Shown in pieces: positions 1 through 10,886 of a stretch of DNA of 64,000 bases (its first letter is position 1; every line of letters begins with the position of its first letter). Position numbers and translations under genes: made by a program. This DNA is from an uncultured virus (IMG/VR IMGVR_UViG_3300032294_002400) (taxonomy: Duplodnaviria > Heunggongvirae > Uroviricota > Caudoviricetes): the IMG/VR virus record IMGVR_UViG_3300032294_002400; one strand, 5' to 3'. The notes beneath the pieces were generated by a model that saw only the letters and a list, made by a program, of their open reading frames with translations, searched no databases and was not told where the DNA came from.

Positions 1-423
1 CTTTATAATTTCATTCATCTTAAGTATTTTATGCACTGGTATTCCGCCAGGCTCTCCCCACGCATGTACTGTAGTTGTAACTCCATCTGCTAGCAAGTAC
101 GCACCGGAGATTACGTCATATTCCGAGTCGTATATCTTAAAAAAGTCGTCTACCGTCCAGGCTATATCTGAATCAATCCAAAAAATCTTATTATAGGTGA
201 TGTCTTTTCCTGCAGGTGACACCTGCGTCGGGTCAAGGTTAAGATTTTTGGAACCGCTTGCTGTCAACTCTCTTGCATGGTGAACAAGAGATGTGTAGGC
301 ATTAAGCCACTTGTATGAAATTCCGCGCTTATCACACTCAGCTAATGTCTCAACAAGACTGTCTACATATTGAGCCTCGAGCATCGCACCTGGTGTTGCA
401 ATTAGTACATCATAGTGCTTCAT
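1..423 (-). CDS. Glycosyltransferase-like protein (GT-A fold), partial, runs off left edge
   Basis: Manual translation from ATG at 423: MKHYDVLIATPGAMLEAQYVDSLV...NKIFWIDSDIAW; DxD motif; paralog of 26928-27611. Confidence 0.75.
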   Translation of the reverse strand, partial: MKHYDVLIATPGAMLEAQYVDSLVETLAECDKRGISYKWLNAYTSLVHHARELTASGSKNLNLDPTQVSPAGKDITYNKIFWIDSDIAWTVDDFFKIYDSEYDVISGAYLLADGVTTTVHAWGEPGGIPVHKILKMNEIIK

Positions 424-595
424 TATTGTCTATCCTTATCCATTTACCATATGGGTTTTCGCTATTTGAACCAATGTACTTTTGACCTGTTTCCATATCT
501 ATAAGAAGCCATTTTGACGGGCACTTTGTGTGAATGGTTAAATCAACTGCTGATTCAAATTCTTCGACAAGTGTACCATCTTTAAGATGTCTCAC
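410..595 (-). CDS. Hypothetical protein
   Basis: ORF overlapping neighbours in a tightly packed minus-strand operon. Confidence 0.6.
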   Translation of the reverse strand: MRHLKDGTLVEEFESAVDLTIHTKCPSKWLLIDMETGQKYIGSNSENPYGKWIRIDNNEAL

Positions 596-797
596 TGGCT
601 CTTCCCCATTTTATTTTATTCCAAACACGTTCGTGCGCGTAATACAAAATAAAGTTAATTGTATTTGTCAATACCGTGACTTGTAGCGCAGCAATCTCTT
701 CACCAGTGATCCAATATGCAGAAACAAATGTAGTGATTAGCGCAACTACTCTCCATGTTAATGATTTAATTAAGGATCTTGACTTAGAAACGATCAC
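582..797 (-). CDS. DUF2061-like small membrane protein
   Basis: SRSLIKSLTWR...YYAHERVW signature; GTG at 797 overlaps upstream stop (GTGA). Confidence 0.75.
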   Translation of the reverse strand: MIVSKSRSLIKSLTWRVVALITTFVSAYWITGEEIAALQVTVLTNTINFILYYAHERVWNKIKWGRASETS

Positions 798-1069
798 GAA
801 AGTATCTCTGGTCCTGGACCAGTTTGAATTGATGCCCTTGTTCCATGCCAATAAATTTTTCCATCACAGGCAATATTCATCTTTTGATCCCCGTCAACAA
901 AACTTGACTCTCCATATGTGTATCCGTGAATTTCAATATGGCTGGCTAACACTTCTTCTCCATCAACTATAATTCTCCACTTTAGTGGACCACCATTATT
1001 TTTTGTATTGTATCTAATCTGAAAATGTTGATTTGGTTTAAAGAACCAAGACTTAAACTTGTTAATCAT
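794..1069 (-). CDS. Hypothetical protein
   Basis: ORF coupled to neighbours. Confidence 0.6.
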   Translation of the reverse strand: MINKFKSWFFKPNQHFQIRYNTKNNGGPLKWRIIVDGEEVLASHIEIHGYTYGESSFVDGDQKMNIACDGKIYWHGTRASIQTGPGPEILS

Positions 1070-1259
1070 TTTTTCCCTGTCTTTTGTTTGTTCTATTAAG
1101 AATATTTTTTACCATAGTTGATGCTGTTGTTTGAAACAAAAATGGAAAAATTGAATGAATAAAACAGATAAGACCTGCACCAATAAAAGTAATAGCAACT
1201 ATCCATGCTTCAAACATATGCTTAAAGTAGTTCTCATTAACCAACTTTAAGTGTTTCAT
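1062..1259 (-). CDS. Small membrane protein (DUF6356-like)
   Basis: HL..VNENYFKH...IHSIFPFLF..TAS pattern; one or two hydrophobic segments. Confidence 0.6.
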   Translation of the reverse strand: MKHLKLVNENYFKHMFEAWIVAITFIGAGLICFIHSIFPFLFQTTASTMVKNILNRTNKRQGKND

Positions 1260-2011
1260 ATACCCATTTCCTTACGCTTTTGCGTAGCAGAAATAGCATG
1301 AATCTCTGCACCCAAATCTACCTGTTCAATCTTATATCCTACATCACGTCCATAGACGATGTTAGTGATGTTAGGGACTCGAACAACCATCGCATCCTTC
1401 ATTGCAGGGTCCTTGTCGATGTAAAACTTTACCTGGTCAAACGACAGCGGATCTTTCTCACTCGTTCCTTGCGTGTTACGAACTCCTAGAAGAACCTGCG
1501 ATGTTCGTTTACCAGCTTCATTGTAAAGAGCATGATGACCTTCGTGCCATGGTTGGTATCTACCAAGCATCAAAGTCGTCGGCTTCTTCCAGTCGTGAAG
1601 GCCAGTTGCTGTTAAAACAATTTGAACTTCTTCTTCGACAGTACAATCTGCTTCAATACGAACGCTGTACTCCGTAGGGTCTTCCCACATTTTATTAGTG
1701 TCTGCAAAGCGACCTTCTTCAATGCGATCTACCCAGACTAAATAGTCTGGGGTGCCAAATGCCTCGCGCGTCTCAGAAGTAGGGCACACAAAATCAACGA
1801 TAACTAAACGTCCCTGTGCGTGCAATAGACGAGCTAACGCGCCTAAGCGACGTGCCTGCTCGATACGATCTTCAGGAGTAAAACCTAGATCCTTGTTAAG
1901 ATCTGCTCGAACTTCATCGGCGTTGAGATGAATAGCATCTGTGTGCTCCATAAGAGCTTTAGACAGCGTTGTTTTTCCAGAACCTGGAAGACCTATAACT
2001 TGGATGATCAT
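1256..2011 (-). CDS. cysC: Adenylylsulfate (APS) kinase-like domain fused to an HxGH nucleotidyltransferase domain
   Basis: P-loop GLPGSGKTT; DLGFTPEDRIEQARR is APS-kinase-like; C-terminal LGRYQPWHEGH and ISAT motifs. Confidence 0.75.
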   Translation of the reverse strand: MIIQVIGLPGSGKTTLSKALMEHTDAIHLNADEVRADLNKDLGFTPEDRIEQARRLGALARLLHAQGRLVIVDFVCPTSETREAFGTPDYLVWVDRIEEGRFADTNKMWEDPTEYSVRIEADCTVEEEVQIVLTATGLHDWKKPTTLMLGRYQPWHEGHHALYNEAGKRTSQVLLGVRNTQGTSEKDPLSFDQVKFYIDKDPAMKDAMVVRVPNITNIVYGRDVGYKIEQVDLGAEIHAISATQKRKEMGI

Positions 2012-2857
2012 TTATTTCTCCTTAGTAGTTTGTTTCCAGAATTCTAGCCCGGAATACTTTTTAATAGTCTCTGGTAAAAATATTTTTTCAAGGTCATACT
2101 TTTCTTGCTTGATGCTTGACTTTACTTCATGGTGACCTTTAACACCCCAGATATCATTATACGCATGCGGTGTAGACAGGTTGTTTAAGTCATGTTTGTA
2201 AGGCTTGATCTCAAGAAAATCATAGACTGCCTTGATACTAGACGCGGTGTCATGCATAAGAGCCTCGTAGTCGACTAGCATGATGTTATCCTTAAACTGC
2301 GGATACAGGACTCTTTTCATGTTTTCAATACTGTTTAATATTCCATTTTGGGCGTCGCCGTTTGTCCCCATGCGCATGAAATAGTTTGCGCGCTTATCTG
2401 CCATGGGGAGACTAGCTCGGTCAGTTTTTCTAATCTCAACGTCATACGCGTTTTTAGGGTCATTTTCACACAGGCGATTCCAAGATGCAAGAATTTCTAG
2501 CACGTTACGAACTGGGCAGATGACTCTGATGGCATTTTTAAGATGATTTTCTAGTATTACGTAGGGGTGAGGCTCTAGCCAACTAAAGTTCTTATCGACT
2601 ATATATTTCTCAGGACGGTTGCTATAAAACGTAGGAATAATCATTTCCATGACATTAAATATATTTTGGAATTGATCGGAGTCTTTGTTTTCTTTACTTT
2701 GGTATTGGTTGTACGCAGCTCCTAAGGTATTAGGTAGCGTTGACTGCGGCGACACGTAGACATTAGGGTTTTGGTTAAGGATAGAAGACAGCAGCGTGCC
2801 TCCCGAGCGTGGAAGACCTGCCATAAAAAAGAACTGTTTATCCGCCTGTGCAGTCAT
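2012..2857 (-). CDS. Sulfotransferase family protein
   Basis: GLPRSGGTLL PAPS-binding loop; IVDKN, CPVRN..S and VDYEAL motifs. Confidence 0.85.
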   Translation of the reverse strand: MTAQADKQFFFMAGLPRSGGTLLSSILNQNPNVYVSPQSTLPNTLGAAYNQYQSKENKDSDQFQNIFNVMEMIIPTFYSNRPEKYIVDKNFSWLEPHPYVILENHLKNAIRVICPVRNVLEILASWNRLCENDPKNAYDVEIRKTDRASLPMADKRANYFMRMGTNGDAQNGILNSIENMKRVLYPQFKDNIMLVDYEALMHDTASSIKAVYDFLEIKPYKHDLNNLSTPHAYNDIWGVKGHHEVKSSIKQEKYDLEKIFLPETIKKYSGLEFWKQTTKEK

Positions 2858-2880
2858 ACGTCAATAGTAACATATCAAAG

Positions 2881-2916
2881 CAAAAAGCCGCCTAGCTAAA
2901 AACTAGGCGGCTTTTG
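2881..2916. terminator. Intrinsic terminator, probably bidirectional
   Basis: AAAAGCCGCCTAG-loop-CTAGGCGGCTTTT. Confidence 0.8.
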
Positions 2917-2927
2917 TACGTTGAACT

Positions 2928-3269
2928 TTAGTTCATCGACTCGTAGATAGCTCTTAAAGCAGCTCGAGCTTCTTGTTGCTCTTGAGGGGTTGTTGCTGCT
3001 TGTAGAGCAGCCTGCGCCTCCTCGATTTGGGTGAGTTGTTCGGCTGTTGGCTTTGCCTTTCCAGGCTGTCCTGGGCTTGTAGGCGCATACGGTGCATCTT
3101 CATCTTCAATTGAAGCAATATAAAGCTGTGCCCACGCCTCTGCTTCTGCTCGATTCGCCCACGGCGTTGTATCTGGCCAGTCAGGCTGAAACAATGCTGG
3201 CGCATCTGCGTCTGGGTAGAACACGCGTACTGCGTTGGTTCCATCCTCAATCTCATATCTTAGTGCCAT
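2928..3269 (-). CDS. Hypothetical protein (possible fibre assembly/chaperone)
   Basis: Follows the fibre gene; QPDWP..TPW motif. Confidence 0.55.
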   Translation of the reverse strand: MALRYEIEDGTNAVRVFYPDADAPALFQPDWPDTTPWANRAEAEAWAQLYIASIEDEDAPYAPTSPGQPGKAKPTAEQLTQIEEAQAALQAATTPQEQQEARAALRAIYESMN

Positions 3270-3363
3270 TCTTGCTTCTCCTTTTTTTATCTTGCTTAGC
3301 TAGATTATTTTTAATTATACGTCAGCTTTATCTTTATATAGATACTGTAGCGCTTTAGTTAAA

Positions 3364-4734
3364 TCAGTAGTTTCCATGCGTAAGTCCTCGCCAGAGCGCA
3401 GTGCCAGGAAGCGTTCTTTGTGTCCAAGTGATGCCGTTTGTAGATGAGGCAGCTATGTTTGAGTTATACGCAACAGCTGTAAACACTCCATTGCCGTACG
3501 CGGTATTGAACCAGGCTGCGCTTGCAGGCATAGTTCTTTGTGTCCAAGTGACACCGTCTGTAGACGAGGCGGCTGTAGCTGAGTCATAAGCAGTAACTAC
3601 ATACACTCCGTTACCATGTGCACCTGAGAACCATCTTATATCCGCAGGCATAGTTCTTTCTGTCCAGTTAGTGCCGTTCGTAGAAGTATGGATTTTATCG
3701 TAGTTAAATTGAGTTATATCTCCAGAAGCAATAGCCACAAACAGGCCGTCACCGTACAGTAGGTCGGATCCAGTTCTATCTGTAGGAAGATTATTCGTAC
3801 TTCTTGTCCATGTTACAGCGTCTGTAGACGACGCAGTATACTGAGGAGTTCGGCTAGCGTCAGTGTCGTAGCCAAGAGCTATAAATACTCCGTTGCCATA
3901 TGCAATATTGTTGTAAGCATCGCCATCACCAACGCTTATGGTTGATTCTGTCCAGGTAATACCGTTGGTAGAAGCTGAGGCTACGTCTACCTGCGTATTA
4001 TTTGCATTGACACGGTTGGGGGCGACGAACTTTCCATTGGCGAATATAAGTCTGGTCCAATCGCGCTGAGGCGCTGTTCTCATCGTCCAGGTCACACCGT
4101 CTGAGGAAGTTGCGGCAAGATCGTCGATAAAAGCCATAGCTAAAAATACCCCATTGCCATATGCAAGTGAGTACCATCCACCAGCATCAGTAGGCAATGT
4201 TCTTGCCACCCAAGTTACACCGTCTGTAGAGGTTGCAGCGCGGCTAACGCTATTAAAGGTAGCACGTGCGCCAATTGCTGCAAAAATTGGTATTCGAGTC
4301 TCAGTTCCATATACCTCCACCTCGACCTGGTCAACTGCTGAAGGAAAAACGTATATTGTCTTTCTTTCTGTTAAAGGATTGGTTATGCCTGAGGAAACTG
4401 TTACTTTAGTATATGCGGGTATCTGCTCGTCGTACTTTATAGTATTTCCCTGTGTTAACGTAACACCAAAATCAACTATTCCAAGGTCATAGGTTATCGT
4501 GTTTGCAGATAAGTTTTCTACCGTAATTGCAGACACGTTTGCGGTTCTATAATACGGCACTGTGTATACAGGTACCTGACCTAGTGTCTCAACTACCCCT
4601 CCGCCGCCACCGCCATAGTAGTATCCGTATCCTGATCCAGTCCCTGGAACAGATATATAACCTAGAATTTGAGATGCCAACTGGCTTAAAAAATTCTTAA
4701 TGTTCGCCGCGGCACTTATACCTAGTATAGGCAT
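3364..4734 (-). CDS. Virion fibre/adhesin with BNR-like beta-propeller repeats
   Basis: About 7 repeats of S(S/T)DG(V/I)TWT.R.(L/M)P....W....YGNG.F. Confidence 0.7.
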   Translation of the reverse strand: MPILGISAAANIKNFLSQLASQILGYISVPGTGSGYGYYYGGGGGGVVETLGQVPVYTVPYYRTANVSAITVENLSANTITYDLGIVDFGVTLTQGNTIKYDEQIPAYTKVTVSSGITNPLTERKTIYVFPSAVDQVEVEVYGTETRIPIFAAIGARATFNSVSRAATSTDGVTWVARTLPTDAGGWYSLAYGNGVFLAMAFIDDLAATSSDGVTWTMRTAPQRDWTRLIFANGKFVAPNRVNANNTQVDVASASTNGITWTESTISVGDGDAYNNIAYGNGVFIALGYDTDASRTPQYTASSTDAVTWTRSTNNLPTDRTGSDLLYGDGLFVAIASGDITQFNYDKIHTSTNGTNWTERTMPADIRWFSGAHGNGVYVVTAYDSATAASSTDGVTWTQRTMPASAAWFNTAYGNGVFTAVAYNSNIAASSTNGITWTQRTLPGTALWRGLTHGNY

Positions 4735-4898
4735 ACTTTTATCTCCAATGTTTCTAATCTAAGTACACGCCACCAGGACTAGAGGCTAGTTAGATTGGTA
4801 GACATACTACCACACCTTTTTATCTATCATTATGTTTAATAGACAATATAGTCTTATCGTAGTAGCAATGTAGCCCTTTATATAGGGGTTATTCTATA

Positions 4899-5570
4899 CT
4901 ATTTTGAACTGTCTGATTGTTGATCTAATACGTACTTAATGCTAGAGGCAGACCATTTTCCGCCGTAGGCGGTAGGGACACTTTCAACGTCAAGCATGCG
5001 CGCTATAGCGCGAAGAGAAAGACCTTTTTCTCGTTCTTCAACAATACGGTTGCGGATCTCATCGGAGATGAGCTGCTTAGGCCCTAGGTCTACTCCCCAG
5101 ACTTTTCCATTGTCTCGTCTGTATTTATGTACATCTTTTTGACGCTCTGCGATGATGCCACGTTCCATCTCCGCAAGCGCGGACATGACTGTAACTACGA
5201 ATCTTCCTTGATACGTAGAGGTGTCAAGGTTAAGGTCTAGAAGAACAAGACGCCAGTTATTCTTGTGGGCTCTATCAACGATGCTAAGAAAGTCCTGCGT
5301 CGAACGAGCTAGGCGGTCAATACGAGAAACGATAAGAGCTTGCGCGTTACCCTCATCTAGTCTTTGTAAGGCATCTTTTAGAACAGGACGACCCTTAATT
5401 GACTTGCCAGATTTGCCCTCTTCTAAGAGCAACTCCATGCTTGTGAAACCTGCTAACTCGGCCGCGTTGCGCAAAACTCGCTCCTGAGCTTGCAGGGATA
5501 AACCGTCTTGAACCTGCATTTGAGTGCTAACTCTGGCGTATAAAAGCGCATGTACATTCTCTGCAGAAAT
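4899..5570 (-). CDS. Serine recombinase (resolvase/invertase family) with short C-terminal recombinase/HTH domain; probable ATT start
   Basis: YARVSTQ catalytic motif lies upstream of the ATG at 5519; SRIDRLARS and AEMER motifs; GGAG 8 nt before ATT at 5570; in-frame TAG further upstream. Confidence 0.85.
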   Translation of the reverse strand: MSAENVHALLYARVSTQMQVQDGLSLQAQERVLRNAAELAGFTSMELLLEEGKSGKSIKGRPVLKDALQRLDEGNAQALIVSRIDRLARSTQDFLSIVDRAHKNNWRLVLLDLNLDTSTYQGRFVVTVMSALAEMERGIIAERQKDVHKYRRDNGKVWGVDLGPKQLISDEIRNRIVEEREKGLSLRAIARMLDVESVPTAYGGKWSASSIKYVLDQQSDSSK

Positions 5571-5628
5571 GATACTTTCTCCGTTCTAATGTACAATTTT
5601 TCTAACCGAACAAGGAACCATAGATACT

Positions 5629-5654
5629 GTACATCCTTAAAGTTAAGGATGTAC
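5629..5654. promoter_or_regulatory. Candidate serine-recombinase crossover site (12-2-12 inverted repeat)
   Basis: GTACATCCTTAA-AG-TTAAGGATGTAC, about 60 nt upstream of the recombinase start. Confidence 0.6.
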
Positions 5655-5698
5655 GGATTTTAACAGGGTTTAGGCGGTTTGGCAGGGCTTAGAGAGTG

Positions 5699-6336
5699 TT
5701 AAGCAGAGGTGAATCTAAAGGTAAGAGACATGCCTACCGGGCTAGAGCCAAGTTGGTACCAAGTGCTGCTCCAGCAGTAAATTCCTGACCCGATGATAGG
5801 CGCTAAAATTCTATACTGAGTCGCGCTGTAGACCATGGCGTTAATCGTAATAGATCCAGTGCTATTGTTTGTCATGGTGCCAGTAGAAGAAGGGATTGTG
5901 TATCTAAGATGATTCCAGGAGTTAGTTACAACGTTTGAAGTGTAGACTGGCTGCCACGCTTTTGTTGTATCAAACGATAGCCCGTTAGGGAGAGTAAATA
6001 GATAATCGCCAGAGCCGGCAGCTCCTCCAGTGGTAGTAGCGTCGAGCGCCATAACAAGCTCCCACTCTTTAGCTCCAAGCTGTCGATAACTTACGTTGTT
6101 GCGAGTAGACGTTCCAATAGTAGGAGCTGAGGTAGTACCAGTTAGCCCAACGGATTGAATTGTTCCCGCGCTTGTCCACGCAGGGACGGCGCCACCGTCT
6201 GCACCTGTTGCACCAGTTGGACCTGCTCCGGTTGTGCCAGTCGCGCCGGCGCTACCAGTCGGACCAGTCGCTCCAGCCGCACCCACAACTACAGCTTCCC
6301 ACTGGCCTGTCCCTGTGTTGTAATATTTAAGTTGGC

Positions 6337-6340
<4 letters not shown>
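5699..6340 (-). CDS. Short collagen-like fibre protein
   Basis: N-terminal G-X-T repeats followed by a beta-rich globular domain. Confidence 0.7.
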
Positions 6341-8969
<2,629 letters not shown>

Positions 8970-8973
<4 letters not shown>

Positions 8974-9326
8974 AATGTTTCCTCTGGGTCAACTGTAAAC
9001 TTACCCTTAACGAGGCGTGTAACCTCGCCTCCAGCAGATTCAAGCTCTAGGTCGTATGAATACTTGCCTGGTGCAAGCGCCGCGGTCTGAGAGGCAGAGA
9101 TGACGATAGCGATTGTTCCAGCGGTCCCTCCAAGAGTTATTCCGCTAGACGAGGTCAATGACGAGACAAGAATCTTTGTAGGCGTGTTGGTTCTTCCGTT
9201 TGTGCGAACCTTAAGGCGCGCGGAATACCCCGTTAGGTCAACTACGTTCTTATTGATCTTCCATGTCAGAGTACGTCGAAACGTTGCACCCTGCTCAACA
9301 AAGATATTGTAAATGCCTGCTGCCAT
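8970..9326 (-). CDS. Putative virion structural protein (Ig-like, BppU N-terminal-like)
   Basis: EQGATF...DLTGYSARL...YSYDLEL...L.KG.F.V pattern typical upstream of phage fibre genes. Confidence 0.6.
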
Positions 9327-9482
9327 GGGATTATCCTGTCATTATTACGCTAATCCCTATACTTTACCACAAAACGAGACTTCTTAGTATGACTTCTTAG
9401 TACCCCTGTAAGAAGTAAAATAATTTAAAATTCAACTAAACTAAAAGCTATCACCGCAGGTTATTTGAGATACTATTAGACA

Positions 9483-9749
9483 ATGGATTATCCTGACCCA
9501 GACTTTGATAAAGATGACGACGTACTTATGCAGTACCTCGAAGAAGAGGGTCTTGCGCTAGTTCCTATTGAATTCATGCGTGAATTGATGCTTTTAATGG
9601 AGGCTCACATCGTGCAGGTCTGCAGCGTAGACCGCGACGAGCTCAACGACATCATGATTCGTATGGAGGAGCTTCTAGGAGAAGACGCCCTTATGGACCT
9701 ATCTGTCCAGGACATCATCGGCTGGGTAGACACGCTTAAAGACGCCTAG
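9483..9749 (+). CDS. Acidic hypothetical protein (leaderless)
   Basis: TACTAT 6 nt upstream of ATG. Confidence 0.6.
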   Translation: MDYPDPDFDKDDDVLMQYLEEEGLALVPIEFMRELMLLMEAHIVQVCSVDRDELNDIMIRMEELLGEDALMDLSVQDIIGWVDTLKDA

Positions 9750-9769
9750 CCGTCCTGTTATAATTAACT

Positions 9770-9985
9770 ACCCCGTTACTAGAAGCATATAAGTCGAGTA
9801 GTCAGCGCACGTCAGTCTTCGAACACGGAGATCGTCCTGGGTAAGACGTACAACTGCCATCCACTCCAACTTCAGAGTTGAGTGTCTAGCACTGGCTGGG
9901 TAGACATCGAGTGGATAGTCGATTAGCGAGCTATCATCTTGGGTAGCATAAGAAGCGCTGCCAGTGCTAGACTCGATTCTTTTTA
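9770..9985 (+). ncRNA. Putative structured non-coding RNA with pseudoknots
   Basis: Promoter CCTGTTATAAT at 9754-9764; multiple nested stems; U-rich 3' end; no credible ORF. Confidence 0.6.
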
Positions 9986-10007
9986 CTTTTTATGATACAG
10001 TTCATTC

Positions 10008-10355
10008 ATGCTACCAGAGATACATGTTCGCCCTTGGGGCTTCTACGTCATACTTCATACAGAGCAACGCGTACAGGTTAAACGACTACACGTTGAAAGC
10101 GGAAGCCGTCTTAGCAAGCAGTCGCATAAGCACCGTGCAGAGCATTGGTATATTACACAAGGATACGCGAGGGTAGAATTAGGAGACCAGGAACTTCATC
10201 TTGGCCCAGGAGACTACGTGTCAATTGGAGTTGGAGAAGTTCACCGCGTTGAAGCTGAAAGCGAAGAGGACTTAGTCTTCTTTGAAATTCAGACGGGCGA
10301 GTATCTTGGTGAAGATGACATTATTCGATACGAAGATGACTTCGGTCGAATCTAG
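10008..10355 (+). CDS. Cupin, mannose-6-phosphate isomerase type II C-terminal-like
   Basis: RPWG, LS.Q.H.HRAEHW, EIQTGEYLGEDDIIRYEDDFGR. Confidence 0.9.
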   Translation: MLPEIHVRPWGFYVILHTEQRVQVKRLHVESGSRLSKQSHKHRAEHWYITQGYARVELGDQELHLGPGDYVSIGVGEVHRVEAESEEDLVFFEIQTGEYLGEDDIIRYEDDFGRI

Positions 10356-10356
10356 T

Positions 10357-10620
10357 TTATTCTTCTGTCTTACCCGCGGCTGACGTGCCGTTCAGCATAA
10401 AGCCTGAGATAACGCCAACTAAAAACGATACGGTCGTAGATAGCAAGGTAAAGAACGCCTTATCGTTTTCTGACTGCACCTCGCCCAAAGGCTGGGTCAC
10501 AAACGTCACCGCGTAGATAATTGCCATGGTAGAGCCAAAGACTGTAAGCGCGAGCATGATGCCAACGTAAAAGCGTAGGCGTGCGTTGAGCTCATCTGTA
10601 GTGTAGCGCTGCTTATTCAT
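10357..10620 (-). CDS. Two-TM membrane protein
   Basis: Two hydrophobic helices; coupled to the upstream lipoprotein. Confidence 0.6.
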   Translation of the reverse strand: MNKQRYTTDELNARLRFYVGIMLALTVFGSTMAIIYAVTFVTQPLGEVQSENDKAFFTLLSTTVSFLVGVISGFMLNGTSAAGKTEE

Positions 10621-10858
10621 TTGGGGTAATAGCCTCTCCGTTATATTCAGCTTCTTCATCATACAAAGGTGTTCCCTTCATAACGTCCTTAGTGCAAACG
10701 CCAAAGGCTTCACAGTTAGGTGGTTGACAGTCAGGTGATTCCCAGTTGGCTGGGTCCTGACAAGGATAGCGGTATACGTCCTCAAAATTGTACTTGCCGC
10801 AGCCAGTAAGCGTTAAGGCTAAAACTGTCACCGCAAGAAGTGGGAGAAGCTTCTTCAT
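10613..10858 (-). CDS. Lipoprotein
   Basis: Signal peptide with LTGC lipobox; YRYPCQDPANW..CQPP.C. Confidence 0.7.
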   Translation of the reverse strand: MKKLLPLLAVTVLALTLTGCGKYNFEDVYRYPCQDPANWESPDCQPPNCEAFGVCTKDVMKGTPLYDEEAEYNGEAITPNE

Positions 10859-10886
10859 GCGATGATTCTAACGCATTTAGAAAAGG

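Noticed and set aside
4899..5570. Transposon, IS607 element or prophage integrase boundary
   Set aside because: No TnpB, terminal repeats or host genes; protein too short for a large serine integrase; phage genes lie on both sides
9770..9985. tmRNA, RNase P, raiA motif or group I intron identity for the structured RNA
   Set aside because: Diagnostic conserved sequences were not found by eye; left unassigned pending an Rfam search
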